Shown: piece by piece, positions 8,704 through 18,300 of the stretch
Layout of the letters: each line of letters begins with the position of its first letter
Numbering within the stretch: the stretch's first letter is position 1
Assembly: GCA_050261575.1 (NCBI GenBank)
Contig: JBLNDL010000018.1
Location: 1 to 33,144 of the forward strand
Reading direction: 5' to 3'
Length of the DNA stretch: 33,144 bases
Source: Sphingomonadaceae bacterium
Lineage (GTDB): Bacteria; Chloroflexota; UBA6077
Translations under genes and position numbers: made by a program
Notes under the pieces: model-generated
What the model was told of the DNA's origin: nothing
What the model saw: only the letters and a program-made list of their open reading frames with translations
The model's database searches: none

Positions 8704-8948
8704 AGGGTTAGAGTGGCCGCGGGGAATACCTGGCTGGAGCACCGGGCCCCCACCGATGCCGGAGGATGGCTCACGCGGCGGTGAGAAAGGGTGGTGACAG
8801 CCGTGAGGGAGAGGGGCAATGGAGGGCGAGGCTCCTGCCGAGCCAGCCTGAGAGCAGGGCCACGAGGGCTCGCCGCGAGGCCCGCGCTCCCTCGCATCGA
8901 CCTTCAGATTCGCGTCGTCGAGTGTGTGCTCTGTCCAGAGATACCTGC

Positions 8949-10025
8949 TCAGGAGAGGTAGCTCCTCAGCGACTTGGCCACAGAGGGGTGGCGCAGCTTC
9001 TCCAGGGCCTTGGCCTCGATCTGGCGCACCCGCTCCCGTGTGATGCCCAGCACCTCCCCAATCTTCTCCAACGGGTAGACGTGGCCGTTGCCCAGGCCGA
9101 AGCGCAACTGGAGTACCAACTGCTCCCGAGGGGTCAGGATCGCTCCCAGCGCCTCCTGGGTCTCCCTCTTCAGCAGCATCTCGTAGACCGCCTCCTCGGG
9201 GCGTTGGGAGACCTCATCAGCCACCAAATCGGCCAGCTCCGATTCCTCCTCCTCGCCGATGGGGGCCTCCAGGGAGGAGGGCACGTGGGCAGCCTTGATG
9301 GCATCACGCACCTTCTGCACCCCGATGCCCAGGGCCGAGGCGAGCTCCTCCTCCGTTGGTTCCCGCCCCAACTCCTGGGTCAGCCGCTGGGTCACCTGGT
9401 TCAAACGGGTGATCGCCTCCCCCATGTGCACCGGCAGCCGGATCGTCCTGGCCTTGTCGGCGATTGCCCTGGTCACCGCCTGGCGTATCCACCAAGTGGC
9501 ATAGGTGGAGAACTTGAACCCCTTACGCCAGTCGTACTTCTGGACTGCTCGCATCAAGCCGATGTTGCCCTCTTGAATCAGGTCCAGCAGCGGCAGCCCC
9601 CTGCCGGTGTACCGTTTGGCGACGCTCACCACCAGACGGAGGTTGGACATGATGAACTTCTCCAGGGCCTCGGCATCACCCTGCTCGATCCGCTTGGCCA
9701 ACTCCACCTCTTGGGCAGCCGTCAGCAGCGGCACATCGGCGATGTCGCGCATGTAGGAGAGGAGCGGATCCTCACCGGCGACGTGCCCGGCGGCCTCCAT
9801 CTCGTCCAGTTCCTTCTCCAGGGTGTTATCCTCCTGGACTGCCTCCTCCTCGTCCTCGTCCTCCACCACCTCGATGCCCTCCCTGAGGAGGACGTCGTCT
9901 ACGGTCGCCACCAGGGCGGGATCCCCCACGAGGGCCTCGATCTCGTCCTCGCTGACGTAGCCCCGCTCTCTCCCCAAAGCAATCAACTCATCAAGGTGCA
10001 GATCGGGCTGACCGCCTTTTGACAT
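8949..10025 (-). CDS. RpoD/SigA-family sigma-70 factor (with region 1.1-like N-terminus)
   Basis: NLRLVVSVAKRY, DLIQEGNIGLMRAV, FSTYATWWIRQA, RTIRLPVHM, TRERVRQIEAKAL. ATG 10025 has a GGAGG SD. Confidence 0.92.
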   Translation of the reverse strand: MSKGGQPDLHLDELIALGRERGYVSEDEIEALVGDPALVATVDDVLLREGIEVVEDEDEEEAVQEDNTLEKELDEMEAAGHVAGEDPLLSYMRDIADVPLLTAAQEVELAKRIEQGDAEALEKFIMSNLRLVVSVAKRYTGRGLPLLDLIQEGNIGLMRAVQKYDWRKGFKFSTYATWWIRQAVTRAIADKARTIRLPVHMGEAITRLNQVTQRLTQELGREPTEEELASALGIGVQKVRDAIKAAHVPSSLEAPIGEEEESELADLVADEVSQRPEEAVYEMLLKRETQEALGAILTPREQLVLQLRFGLGNGHVYPLEKIGEVLGITRERVRQIEAKALEKLRHPSVAKSLRSYLS

Positions 10026-10199
10026 AGAGCGATCCTCCGAAGCTTGAGGCAAGTCGCGCGGCGGACCCATTCTGTAAGAGTCGATCCGCGCAAGGACGCG
10101 ATGAGCATGCCTCGCATCCAGGACAATCCAACGGCGAAGATCGCCTGGGGTAACGGGGAGGTCGGCAAGATGCGTGCCTCCGGGGGCCGTCGGCGGGTA

Positions 10200-10805
10200 C
10201 TACGCAACCATCCCCTCGAGACGGCTTCGCGCCCTCTCGAGGATGCTAGGCTTCACCAGTCCCTCCGCCACGAGGATCCTTCGCACCGCGTGCCGCAGGT
10301 CTCGCGAGACGTGGTAATGCGTGACTCGCCTCGCCCCTGGGCTGAGAAACTGCGGGAATCCCCTGCCGGTCAGCACCAGGATGGGACGGCAGCCGGCAGC
10401 CATTCCAGCCAGCAGGTCAGTGAGGGCATCTCCGATCAGATAGGAGCCCGGCAAGTCCAGCTTCAGCCGATCGGCTGCCTGAAACAACAACCCCGGCTCC
10501 GGCTTTCGGCAGCCGCATCCCTCCTCCGGACGATGGGGGCAGTAGAAGACGCCGTCGATCCTGGCACCTGCCGCCTCCAGGACCGCCACCATCCTCGCGT
10601 GGATCTCCTCTACGGTCTCGCGGCTGATGATGCCTCGGTTTATCGCCGCCTGGTTGGTCAGTACGACCGTCCGGAACCCGTGGCGGGTCAACTCTGCCAG
10701 GGCCTCGACCACGTGTGGCAGGAAGTCGAACTCCTTCCAACTCTTCACGTGGCTGCCCCGGTTGCGATTGATCACCCCGTCCCTGTCGACGAAGACCGCC
10801 TTCAC
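10200..10805 (-). CDS. gmhB: D-glycero-D-manno-heptose 1,7-bisphosphate phosphatase (HAD-IIIA)
   Basis: FVDRDGVIN, TNQ, Zn motif CPH....CGCRKPEPG, IGD..TD. Confidence 0.85.
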   Translation of the reverse strand: MKAVFVDRDGVINRNRGSHVKSWKEFDFLPHVVEALAELTRHGFRTVVLTNQAAINRGIISRETVEEIHARMVAVLEAAGARIDGVFYCPHRPEEGCGCRKPEPGLLFQAADRLKLDLPGSYLIGDALTDLLAGMAAGCRPILVLTGRGFPQFLSPGARRVTHYHVSRDLRHAVRRILVAEGLVKPSILERARSRLEGMVA

Positions 10806-10826
10806 CTGCCCTACTCCGCCGTGGGG

Positions 10827-11405
10827 CTACGCAGCGCGCAACTCCTCCACCGCACCGGCTTCCCGCAGCGCTACCGAGACTACGTGATCCAGAATGAGGT
10901 GGGCGTCCTCCGCCTGCTCGATCCGCCGACTCGGGACCACCACACTTATGTCAACCATATCCTTTAGCCACCCCCCGGGCTCCCCAGTGAAGCCCACCGT
11001 AGTCGCCCCGCGCTCCCTGGCCACCTCCACCGCCCGCAGGACGTTGGGGGAGTTGCCGCTGCCGCTGAAGGCGATCACCAGGTCACCGGGCTGGACAAGG
11101 TTGGTCAACTGCTGGGCGAACACCTCCTCGTAGGAGACGTCGTTCGCCCAGGCGGTCATCAGGGGTACGTTGTCGGTGAGGGAGATCGCCCGAATGCGTT
11201 TAGCCCCGGGCACCAGGGAGGCCTTTGCCAGGTCCGTGGCCATGTGGGATGCGGTGGCCGCGCTCCCGCCGTTCCCCAGCAGGAAGAGCTGGCTGCCGCG
11301 ATCCCTGGCCTCCAGAACCGCCTCCACCACACGCCATATGCCCTCGCGCGGAAGGCCCCTCACCATCTCCGCGACTTCTTCCAGGTAGCGCTCGATCGGA
11401 TCCAT
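10827..11405 (-). CDS. gmhA: Phosphoheptose (sedoheptulose-7-P) isomerase, SIS domain
   Basis: GNGGSAATASH, AWAND, FAQQ, SGSGNSPNV, EQAEDAH. Confidence 0.88.
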   Translation of the reverse strand: MDPIERYLEEVAEMVRGLPREGIWRVVEAVLEARDRGSQLFLLGNGGSAATASHMATDLAKASLVPGAKRIRAISLTDNVPLMTAWANDVSYEEVFAQQLTNLVQPGDLVIAFSGSGNSPNVLRAVEVARERGATTVGFTGEPGGWLKDMVDISVVVPSRRIEQAEDAHLILDHVVSVALREAGAVEELRAA

Positions 11406-11620
11406 CGGTTGCCGCCTCTAGAGTCGCGCAGCCGGGCCGAACGCCCTGCCCGACGACGCGGTGCTTCTCGCTTCAAGACACTTGGGGGGAAGGATAGGCA
11501 ACAACCATGCCGATGGGATCGAGGCTAGCAACGATTCAGGGCGCCGCCACAGTGTGGCGTCGCAGGCAGGCTGCGACGGGTACCGGGTTGTCACTGTTCC
11601 CGCTGGGACGTTCGCAACGA

Positions 11621-12643
11621 TCAGGGTCTCCGCTGCGACTGGCCCAACTCTCTCCATCCCATGAGGGTGAGCCCTCGCCGCCACAGACCGAAGACCCCCA
11701 GCAAGCAGACGGGCACGATCCAGGCGAGGTGGAGAACCACCGCGAAGCCCAGGGCGGGCTCGCGCTCGACGCCGAAGGCGCCCAGGGTCAGCACCACCAG
11801 GTAGTGGTATACCCCGACGTATCCAGGGGAGGAGGGCACCACCATGCCCAGGTTCGTCACGGCCACCACGAGCGCCGGCGCCCAGATGGGCACCTGGATG
11901 TGGAAGACCAGCAACGCCAGGTAGGCGGTGGCAACGGTGATCAGCCAGATGGCAGCCGTTACCGCGGTTATCCTCGCGAGCGGTCCCACCCCCTTCAGCC
12001 CCTCCAGTCCGAGGCACAGAGACTCGGCCCACTTCGTCACCAACGCCTTGCCGGGGAACGAAGGGGACGACTGAAGCAGCCGCAGGAAGAGGCTACGCCA
12101 CCGGGGGTATGCCAGCAGGATGCAGAGCCCCAGCAGGACCACTCCCCCGCCCCCCACCAGCAGCCCGGACCGCCCCACCCACGAGGGCATGTCGGTGCTC
12201 GGCAGCACCACCGCGAGCAGCAGGGCCAGTGCCACCACGTCCAGGATCCTATCCAGGGCAACGGTCGAGAGGACCGCCATCAGGCTCACGCGCTCGACCT
12301 TCGCCAGCATGTAGGTGCGAGCCAGCTCACCCAACCTGCCGGGCAGCACCGTGTTCACCAGATAGCCCACCGACATGCTGTACATCAGGTTGATGCGAGA
12401 CACCCTGCCCGCGGGGATCAACAGCATCAGCCATTTCTCCACCTTGAGCCACATATCTAACCCCACGGTGAAGAGGACTGGTATAAGCCACCAGTAGTCG
12501 GCCCCCTCCATGGCGCTCCAGAATCGGTCCCACTCGATGTTCCACAGCAACAGCACGAGGCTCGCGCCGCTGATCGCGATCCCCACCAGCAGTCTGGCCC
12601 GACTCTTCCAGTCCGAAGACCCCGTCTCACCGGCGCCGCTCAA
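11621..12643 (-). CDS. UPF0104 / lysylphosphatidylglycerol-synthase TM-domain (flippase-like) membrane protein
   Basis: NTVLPGRLGELAR, DRILD, PSSPGYVGVYH, multiple TM segments. Overlaps the larC stop. Confidence 0.85.
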   Translation of the reverse strand: MSGAGETGSSDWKSRARLLVGIAISGASLVLLLWNIEWDRFWSAMEGADYWWLIPVLFTVGLDMWLKVEKWLMLLIPAGRVSRINLMYSMSVGYLVNTVLPGRLGELARTYMLAKVERVSLMAVLSTVALDRILDVVALALLLAVVLPSTDMPSWVGRSGLLVGGGGVVLLGLCILLAYPRWRSLFLRLLQSSPSFPGKALVTKWAESLCLGLEGLKGVGPLARITAVTAAIWLITVATAYLALLVFHIQVPIWAPALVVAVTNLGMVVPSSPGYVGVYHYLVVLTLGAFGVEREPALGFAVVLHLAWIVPVCLLGVFGLWRRGLTLMGWRELGQSQRRP

Positions 12644-13838
12644 CGGTGGGTCCCTCCTCCTTACCTACGTGCTCCCTGCAAGCCTGCGTGGCCACCTGCA
12701 TCACCTCGTGCAACGGCAAGGCCCTTTCGCGGGCTATCCTGGCACAGTCCTCGTACTCCGGAGCGCAGTCGACGCGACCCTCGAACAGCTTCACCTTCAC
12801 CCGAATGGGCCCGAGGGGAGTGGCCACCGTCTCCACCCGACGGGCAGCGGTTAGCCGGCCAGTGCGGCCGATGCGGACCCCCAGGGTGGTAGTCTCACGC
12901 AGCACCACGGAGGCCAACTCCCGCTCCCGATCCAGCGGGGCGATCACGCTCAGCATCACGGCCGGCCGGTTCTTCTTCATCTGGATCGGGGTGAAGTAGA
13001 CGTCCAGTGCTCCTGCGGAGAAGAGACGCTCCATAGCGAACCCAAGCGCCTCGGGGGTCATGTCGTCCAGATTCGCCTCGATCAAGCTGGTCTCCTGCCA
13101 ACCCTCGCGGCTCTCCGCCGATTCCCCCACCCACAGCCGCAGGGCGTTAGCCCACGGGAGTTGCCTGGTCCCGAAGCCGTACCCTACGGCCCGCATCTTC
13201 ATCTCGGGCTGGCGGAAGCGAGCCAGCGTGGCGAGGATGGCCGCGCCGGTGGGCGTCACCAGCTCGGCTTCGACGTCCAGCGGCCTCATGGGGGCGGCTG
13301 CACGCGACAGGATCTCCAGGGTAGCAGGCGCGGGGACGGGCAGGAGGCCGTGGGCCGTCTTCACCATACCCTTGCCGGTGGGGAGGGGAGAGGCGAAAGC
13401 CTGCTCGATGCCCAGCAACTCCAGCCCCGCCGCGGCCCCAACCACGTCTACCAGGGCGTCCACGGCGCCCACCTCGTGGAAGTGGACGTGATCCACCGGA
13501 ACACCGTGGACCTTCGCCTCTGCCTCTCCCAGCGTCTGGAAGATCGCCTTGGCCTTCTCCCTGACGGAGGGCGAGAGGGTCGAGCCATCCAGGATGGCCA
13601 GGATGTCGGAGAGGTGCCGGTGGGGTTGCGGAACCCCGGGATCGAGTGTCACCACCGCCTGGGTGCCGCTGATCCCCCCGCGCTCCACCCGCTCGAAGCG
13701 CAACTCGTATCCGGACAGCCCCAGCTTGGCCACCTCGGCTTTCAGCGCCTCCGGATCAACACCCGCGTCCACCAGAGCACCGAGGGTCATGTCCCCGCTA
13801 ATACCGCTGTAACAGTCAAAGTATCCGATCATCTCCAT
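12627..13838 (-). CDS. larC: Nickel-pincer nucleotide cofactor Ni-insertase LarC (single uninterrupted ORF)
   Basis: YFDCYSGISGDMTLGAL, VHFHEVGAVD, AHG.LPVPAPA, ELVTPTGAA, MKKNRP, ETTTLGVR, PEYEDC. Confidence 0.93.
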   Translation of the reverse strand: MEMIGYFDCYSGISGDMTLGALVDAGVDPEALKAEVAKLGLSGYELRFERVERGGISGTQAVVTLDPGVPQPHRHLSDILAILDGSTLSPSVREKAKAIFQTLGEAEAKVHGVPVDHVHFHEVGAVDALVDVVGAAAGLELLGIEQAFASPLPTGKGMVKTAHGLLPVPAPATLEILSRAAAPMRPLDVEAELVTPTGAAILATLARFRQPEMKMRAVGYGFGTRQLPWANALRLWVGESAESREGWQETSLIEANLDDMTPEALGFAMERLFSAGALDVYFTPIQMKKNRPAVMLSVIAPLDRERELASVVLRETTTLGVRIGRTGRLTAARRVETVATPLGPIRVKVKLFEGRVDCAPEYEDCARIARERALPLHEVMQVATQACREHVGKEEGPTVERRR

Positions 13839-13870
13839 CCTCGATCAATGGTGAGCAAGAGGCTCGTCTC

Positions 13871-13915
13871 CCCTCTCCCTCACCCCGACCCTCTCCCAGA
13901 GGGAGAGGAGAGGGA
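13871..13915. repeat. REP-like element CCCTCACCCCGACCCTCTCCC-aga-GGGAGAGG
   Basis: CCTCTCCC/GGGAGAGG hairpin preceded by CCCTCACCCC, a widespread bacterial intergenic repeat type. Sits between folC and larC. Confidence 0.7.
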
Positions 13916-13925
13916 TCATCTCTCA

Positions 13926-15239
13926 TCACCCGTCACCCAGCAGCTCGATAGCCCGACCGACGAGGAACACCGACCCGGTCACCAGCACCAGGTCCTCCGG
14001 CGCCGCCAGACCGAGGGCGCGGTCGAAAGCCCGGGCAGGGTCGGCTTCCACTTCCACTTCGGCATAAGGAGCGAACTCTCGGGCGATATCCTCCAGCTTG
14101 GCGGCCCTGCGGTGGCCGGAGCTGGTCGCCACCACCCGTTCGGCCGCTGTTCCCAGTACCCGTGCCATGCCCACTACGTCCTTGTCAGAGCTGGCGCCGA
14201 ACACCAGGATCAGCCGCCCGTAGCGGAACTCCCTCCGCACCGTCGCCAGCAGCCGCACGGCAGAGTCACCGTTGTGGGCCGCATCCACCACCACAGCAGG
14301 CTTCTGGCGCAATCGCTGTATGCGACCCGGCCACTCCACCCCGGCCAGGCCGCGCCGGATCGCCTCGCCATCCACGCGGAAGCCCTGCTCCAACAGAAGC
14401 TGTAGGGCTGCGACGGCCACGGTCGCGTTGTCCCGCTGGTGGTCGCCGAGCAATGCCACCCGAAGCCCGCCCAGGGGTCCAAACGGCCCTTGCACGTCGA
14501 TCGTGCCCGCCTCGGTGCCCTCGCTCCATCGCCAGTCTCTGCCCACCTCGTACAGCCTCGCCCCCTTCTCCCGTGCGACGCCGCGAATGGCGGCCATCGC
14601 CTCGGGGCGTTGGGGCGCCGACACCCCTGCCCGGCCCGCCCGGAGGATCCCGGCCTTCTCGGAGGCGATAAGCTCCAGCGTGTCGCCGAGCACGTCGGTG
14701 TGGTCCAGGCTTACGGAGGTGATAGCCGAAAGCACGGGGTCCACCGCGTTCAGCGCATCCAGCCCCCCACCGACGCCGATCTCCAGCACCGCGATATCCA
14801 CCTGCCGGTCGGCGAAGTGGGCGAGGGCGAGCGCAGTTCCCACCTCGTAGGTGGTGACCCGCCCCACGTCCTTCCCACCCTGGAGGAGGTCCTCCGCCGC
14901 CAGTTGAATCCTTTCCACGAGGGACACCACCGCCCCGGGCTCAATGGAATGCCCATCCACCCAGGTGCGCTCGCGCCAGTCGATCAGGTGAGGCTGGGTG
15001 TAGCGCCCGACGCGGTACCCCGCTGCCCTCAGCCCCTCGGCGATGAAGGCGACCGTGGAACCCTTCCCCTTGGTTCCGGCCACCAGCACGCAGGGGTAGC
15101 GCTCCTGCGGTCGCCCAAGCCGCTCCAGCAGGGCTCGCATCCGCGGCACCTTCAGGGGGCGAAGCGCCTTCTCCTCAGACTTCGGCCGCGCCGGTTCCCA
15201 GAAGGACATTATCCAGTTCAGGGCTTCCCGGTAGTGCAT
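13926..15239 (-). CDS. folC: Bifunctional folylpolyglutamate synthase/dihydrofolate synthase
   Basis: VAGTKGKGST P-loop, YTQPHL...RER, LEIGVGG.LDA.N, DHTDVLG, WPGR, DAAHN, VTGSVFLVG. ATG 15239 chosen. Confidence 0.93.
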   Translation of the reverse strand: MHYREALNWIMSFWEPARPKSEEKALRPLKVPRMRALLERLGRPQERYPCVLVAGTKGKGSTVAFIAEGLRAAGYRVGRYTQPHLIDWRERTWVDGHSIEPGAVVSLVERIQLAAEDLLQGGKDVGRVTTYEVGTALALAHFADRQVDIAVLEIGVGGGLDALNAVDPVLSAITSVSLDHTDVLGDTLELIASEKAGILRAGRAGVSAPQRPEAMAAIRGVAREKGARLYEVGRDWRWSEGTEAGTIDVQGPFGPLGGLRVALLGDHQRDNATVAVAALQLLLEQGFRVDGEAIRRGLAGVEWPGRIQRLRQKPAVVVDAAHNGDSAVRLLATVRREFRYGRLILVFGASSDKDVVGMARVLGTAAERVVATSSGHRRAAKLEDIAREFAPYAEVEVEADPARAFDRALGLAAPEDLVLVTGSVFLVGRAIELLGDG

Positions 15240-15263
15240 CCAAAGGAATCCTGACGCGCTCTT

Positions 15264-15358
15264 ACCACAAAGACACGAAGCCACCTAGGCCACCGCCGGG
15301 CATCCTACCATACCGTGATGCCTCTTTGTGCACCTTGGTGTCTTCGTGCCTTAGTGGT
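15264..15358. repeat. Bipartite inverted octamer repeat (CAC(G/A)AAG.. / CTT(C/G/A)GTG..)
   Basis: ACCACAAAGACACGAAG ... CTTGGTGT CTTCGTGC CTTAGTGGT, with an inner GGCATC/GATGCC stem. Sits between fdh and folC. Confidence 0.7.
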
Positions 15359-15396
15359 TAGCCTGTATTCCTCGCCTCGCGCCGAATGCCCCGTCC

Positions 15397-18300
15397 CTAA
15401 TCGACAACCTTCTCGATTCGCACAGCCGCCACCTTCAGCTCCGGGATCTTGGCCGTCGGGTCCACGGCCGGGTTGGTCAGCCGGTTGGTCGGGCTCTCCG
15501 CGAAGTGGAACGTCATGGAGACGGTGCCCGGCGGCGAATCCCACGTCACCTTGGCTCGGGTCTCCACCTCACCCCGGCGAGAGATCACGCGCACCACGTC
15601 CCCATCGCCGATCCCCAGGGCCGCCGCGTCCCTCGGGTTGATCTCCACCAACTCCTCACGACGCAGAACGTTCAACCCTTCGACCTTCCGGGTCATGCTA
15701 CCCGAATGGTAGTGGTAGAGGCTCCGCTCCGTCGTGAGCAGAAGCGGGTACTTCTCGTCGGGTAGCTCCGCGGAGGGCCGGTACCTCAACGGAGTGAAGT
15801 GGCCCTTGCCGTCCGCGGTCAGGAACCGATCGCTGTGCAGGATCGGCTTACCCGGATCGGTCGGGGTGGAACACGGCCAGTGGAGCCCCTCCCGCTCCAG
15901 CCTCTCGTAGCCGATACCGGCGTAGCTGGGGGTGAGGGAGGCGATCTCCCCCATCACGGCTGCGGGGCCATCGAAGTCGAAGCCCCTGGCCCCCATCCGC
16001 TTGGCGATCTCGCAGGTGATCCACCAGTCGGGCCGCGAGTCACCCACTGGCTCTAGGGCGCGGCGCACCCTCTGAACCCGCCGCTCCGTGTTGGTGAAGG
16101 TGCCATCCTTCTCTGCGAAGCTCGCCGCGGGCAGCACCACGTCGGCCAGTTGGGCCGTCTCAGTGAGGAAGATATCCTGCACCACCAGGAAATCCAGCCT
16201 CTTCAGCGCCTCCTCCACGTGCCCAGCGTCCGCATCGGTCAGCACCGGGTTCTCCCCCACAAGGTAGATCGCCCTCACCTGACCGTGGTGCACCGCGTCG
16301 AAGATCTCCGTCAGGGTGAGCCCCGGCTTCTCCGGTAGATCGCAGCCCCAGGCGGCGGCGAACTTCTGTCTCAGAGCGGGGTTGTTCACCTTCTGGTAGC
16401 CGGTGTACACGTCTGGGAGGGCGCCCATATCGCAGGCGCCCTGGACGTTGCTCTGTCCCCTCAAGGGGTTGACCCCGGAAGACGGCTTCCCGACGTTCCC
16501 AGTGAGCATCGCCAGGTTGGCGGTGGCGAGCACGTTGTCGGTGCCGTGGGTGTGCTGCGTTATCCCCATGGCGTACAGGATAGAGGCAGGCTTGGAGGTG
16601 GCGTAGGTTCGCGCCGCCTCCACGATCTTCTCACGCGGCACCCCCGTGATCCGCTCCACCGTCTCCAGATCGTAATCCCGCAGCGATTCGCGGAAGGCCT
16701 CGAAATCGGCGGTCTGCTCTCGAACGAAGACGTCATCCACCAGTCCCTCGTCCACGATCACCCGCGCCATGCCCATCAAGAGGGCCACGTCGGTGCCCGG
16801 CCTCTGCTGCAGCCAGAGGCCGGCGAAGCGGCACAGGTCGATCCGCCGCGGGTTGGCGACGATCAGCTTGGCACCGTTTCTCACCGCACGCTTCACCTCC
16901 AACCCGATGACGGGATGCCCCACGGTGGTGTTGGTGCCTATGGCCAGTATGCAGGCGGCGTCCGCGATCTCGCCAATGGAATTGGTCATGGCGCCGCTGC
17001 CGAACGCTGTGGCCAGACCGGCCACGGTGGGGGCGTGTCAAGTACGGGCACAGTGGTCTATGCTGTTTGTGCCCATCACCCCCCGCGTGAACTTCTGGAT
17101 CAGGTAGTTCTCCTCGTTGGTGCACTTGGCCGAGGAGATGGTCGCGAAGCTGTCGCCCCTGTACTGGATCAGCCTGGAGGCGACCAGGTCCAGAGCCTCA
17201 TCCCAGGTGGCCTCCACCAGCTTCCCGTTCTTCCTGATGAGAGGTGTCTCCAGCCGGTCCCGGGAGTTCACGAACTCGTAGCCGAAGCGACCCTTCACGC
17301 ACAGCCTGCCCCGGTTCACCGGGCTCTCCACGTCGCCCCGCACGCTCACGATGGTGTTCCCGCGGATCCCCAGGACGATGCCGCAGCCCACCCCGCAGTA
17401 GGTGCAGACGGTCTTCACCTCGCGCGCGGGCAGCATCTCCTTCTTGGCCACCAGCGCCCCGGTCGGACAGCTCGCGACGCACTGGCCGCAGGACTCGCAA
17501 CTGGTGTTCAGCAGGGAGCCCCCCGGCCCCTCGTGGGTCGCAACCCGATAGACGAAGCCCAAGGCTCCGACCCCTTGGACGTTGGAACACACCCGGCCGC
17601 AGCGAGCGCAGGCGACGCACTTGTTGGCGTCGCGCTCGATGAATGGGTGGGAACGATCCAGCGAATAGAGCTGCCGGTCCGCTCGGAAAGGAGGCTGGGC
17701 CGCCATGTACTCGGTCGCTAGCTCCCGCAGGGTGCAGTAGTAGTCGGCCTTGCAGCCGCACTCGAGGCAGCGGCCGGCCTCCGCTCGAACCTGCTCCTCG
17801 GTGAAGCCCAGCTCGATCTCCTGGAAGCTCTTCCCCCGCAACTCCAGGGAGATCTTCGGCATCGGCTGCCGCGGCTTCTGCTCGATCTGCGCGAACTCCG
17901 GCGTCCCAGCCAACTGCTTCAACTCACCCTTGGTGTGATCGTAGCGGCCATCGGAAGCAGGAGGCGCCTCGCCTCTCAGGTATGCATCTATGGAGGCGGC
18001 GGCCTTGCGCCCGGCGGCGATCGCCTCTACGGCGGTGGCGGCCCCGGACACGCAGTCGCCACCGGCGAAGACACCCCTCATGCCGGTCTGCCAGCTACCG
18101 TCCTCGACCACGATCGTGCCGCCACGTCCCGTCCGTATCGCGCTCTCTCCGGAGACGGGAGCGGCCTCGGGATGCTGGCCGATGGCCGCGATGACGGTGT
18201 CCACCGGAAGCACGAACTCCGAGCCGGCCACCGGTTCCGGCCGGCGCCGCCCGCTCGAGTCCGGCTCCCCCAGCGCCATCTGGATGCACTCGAGCCCAAC

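Noticed and set aside
8704..8948. Possible sRNA or small ORF between convergent rhomboid and sigma genes
   Set aside because: Only imperfect GC-rich hairpins. No clear promoter, family motif or convincing short ORF.
12627..13838. Programmed frameshift in larC (larC1/larC2 type)
   Set aside because: The reading frame is continuous through both domains.
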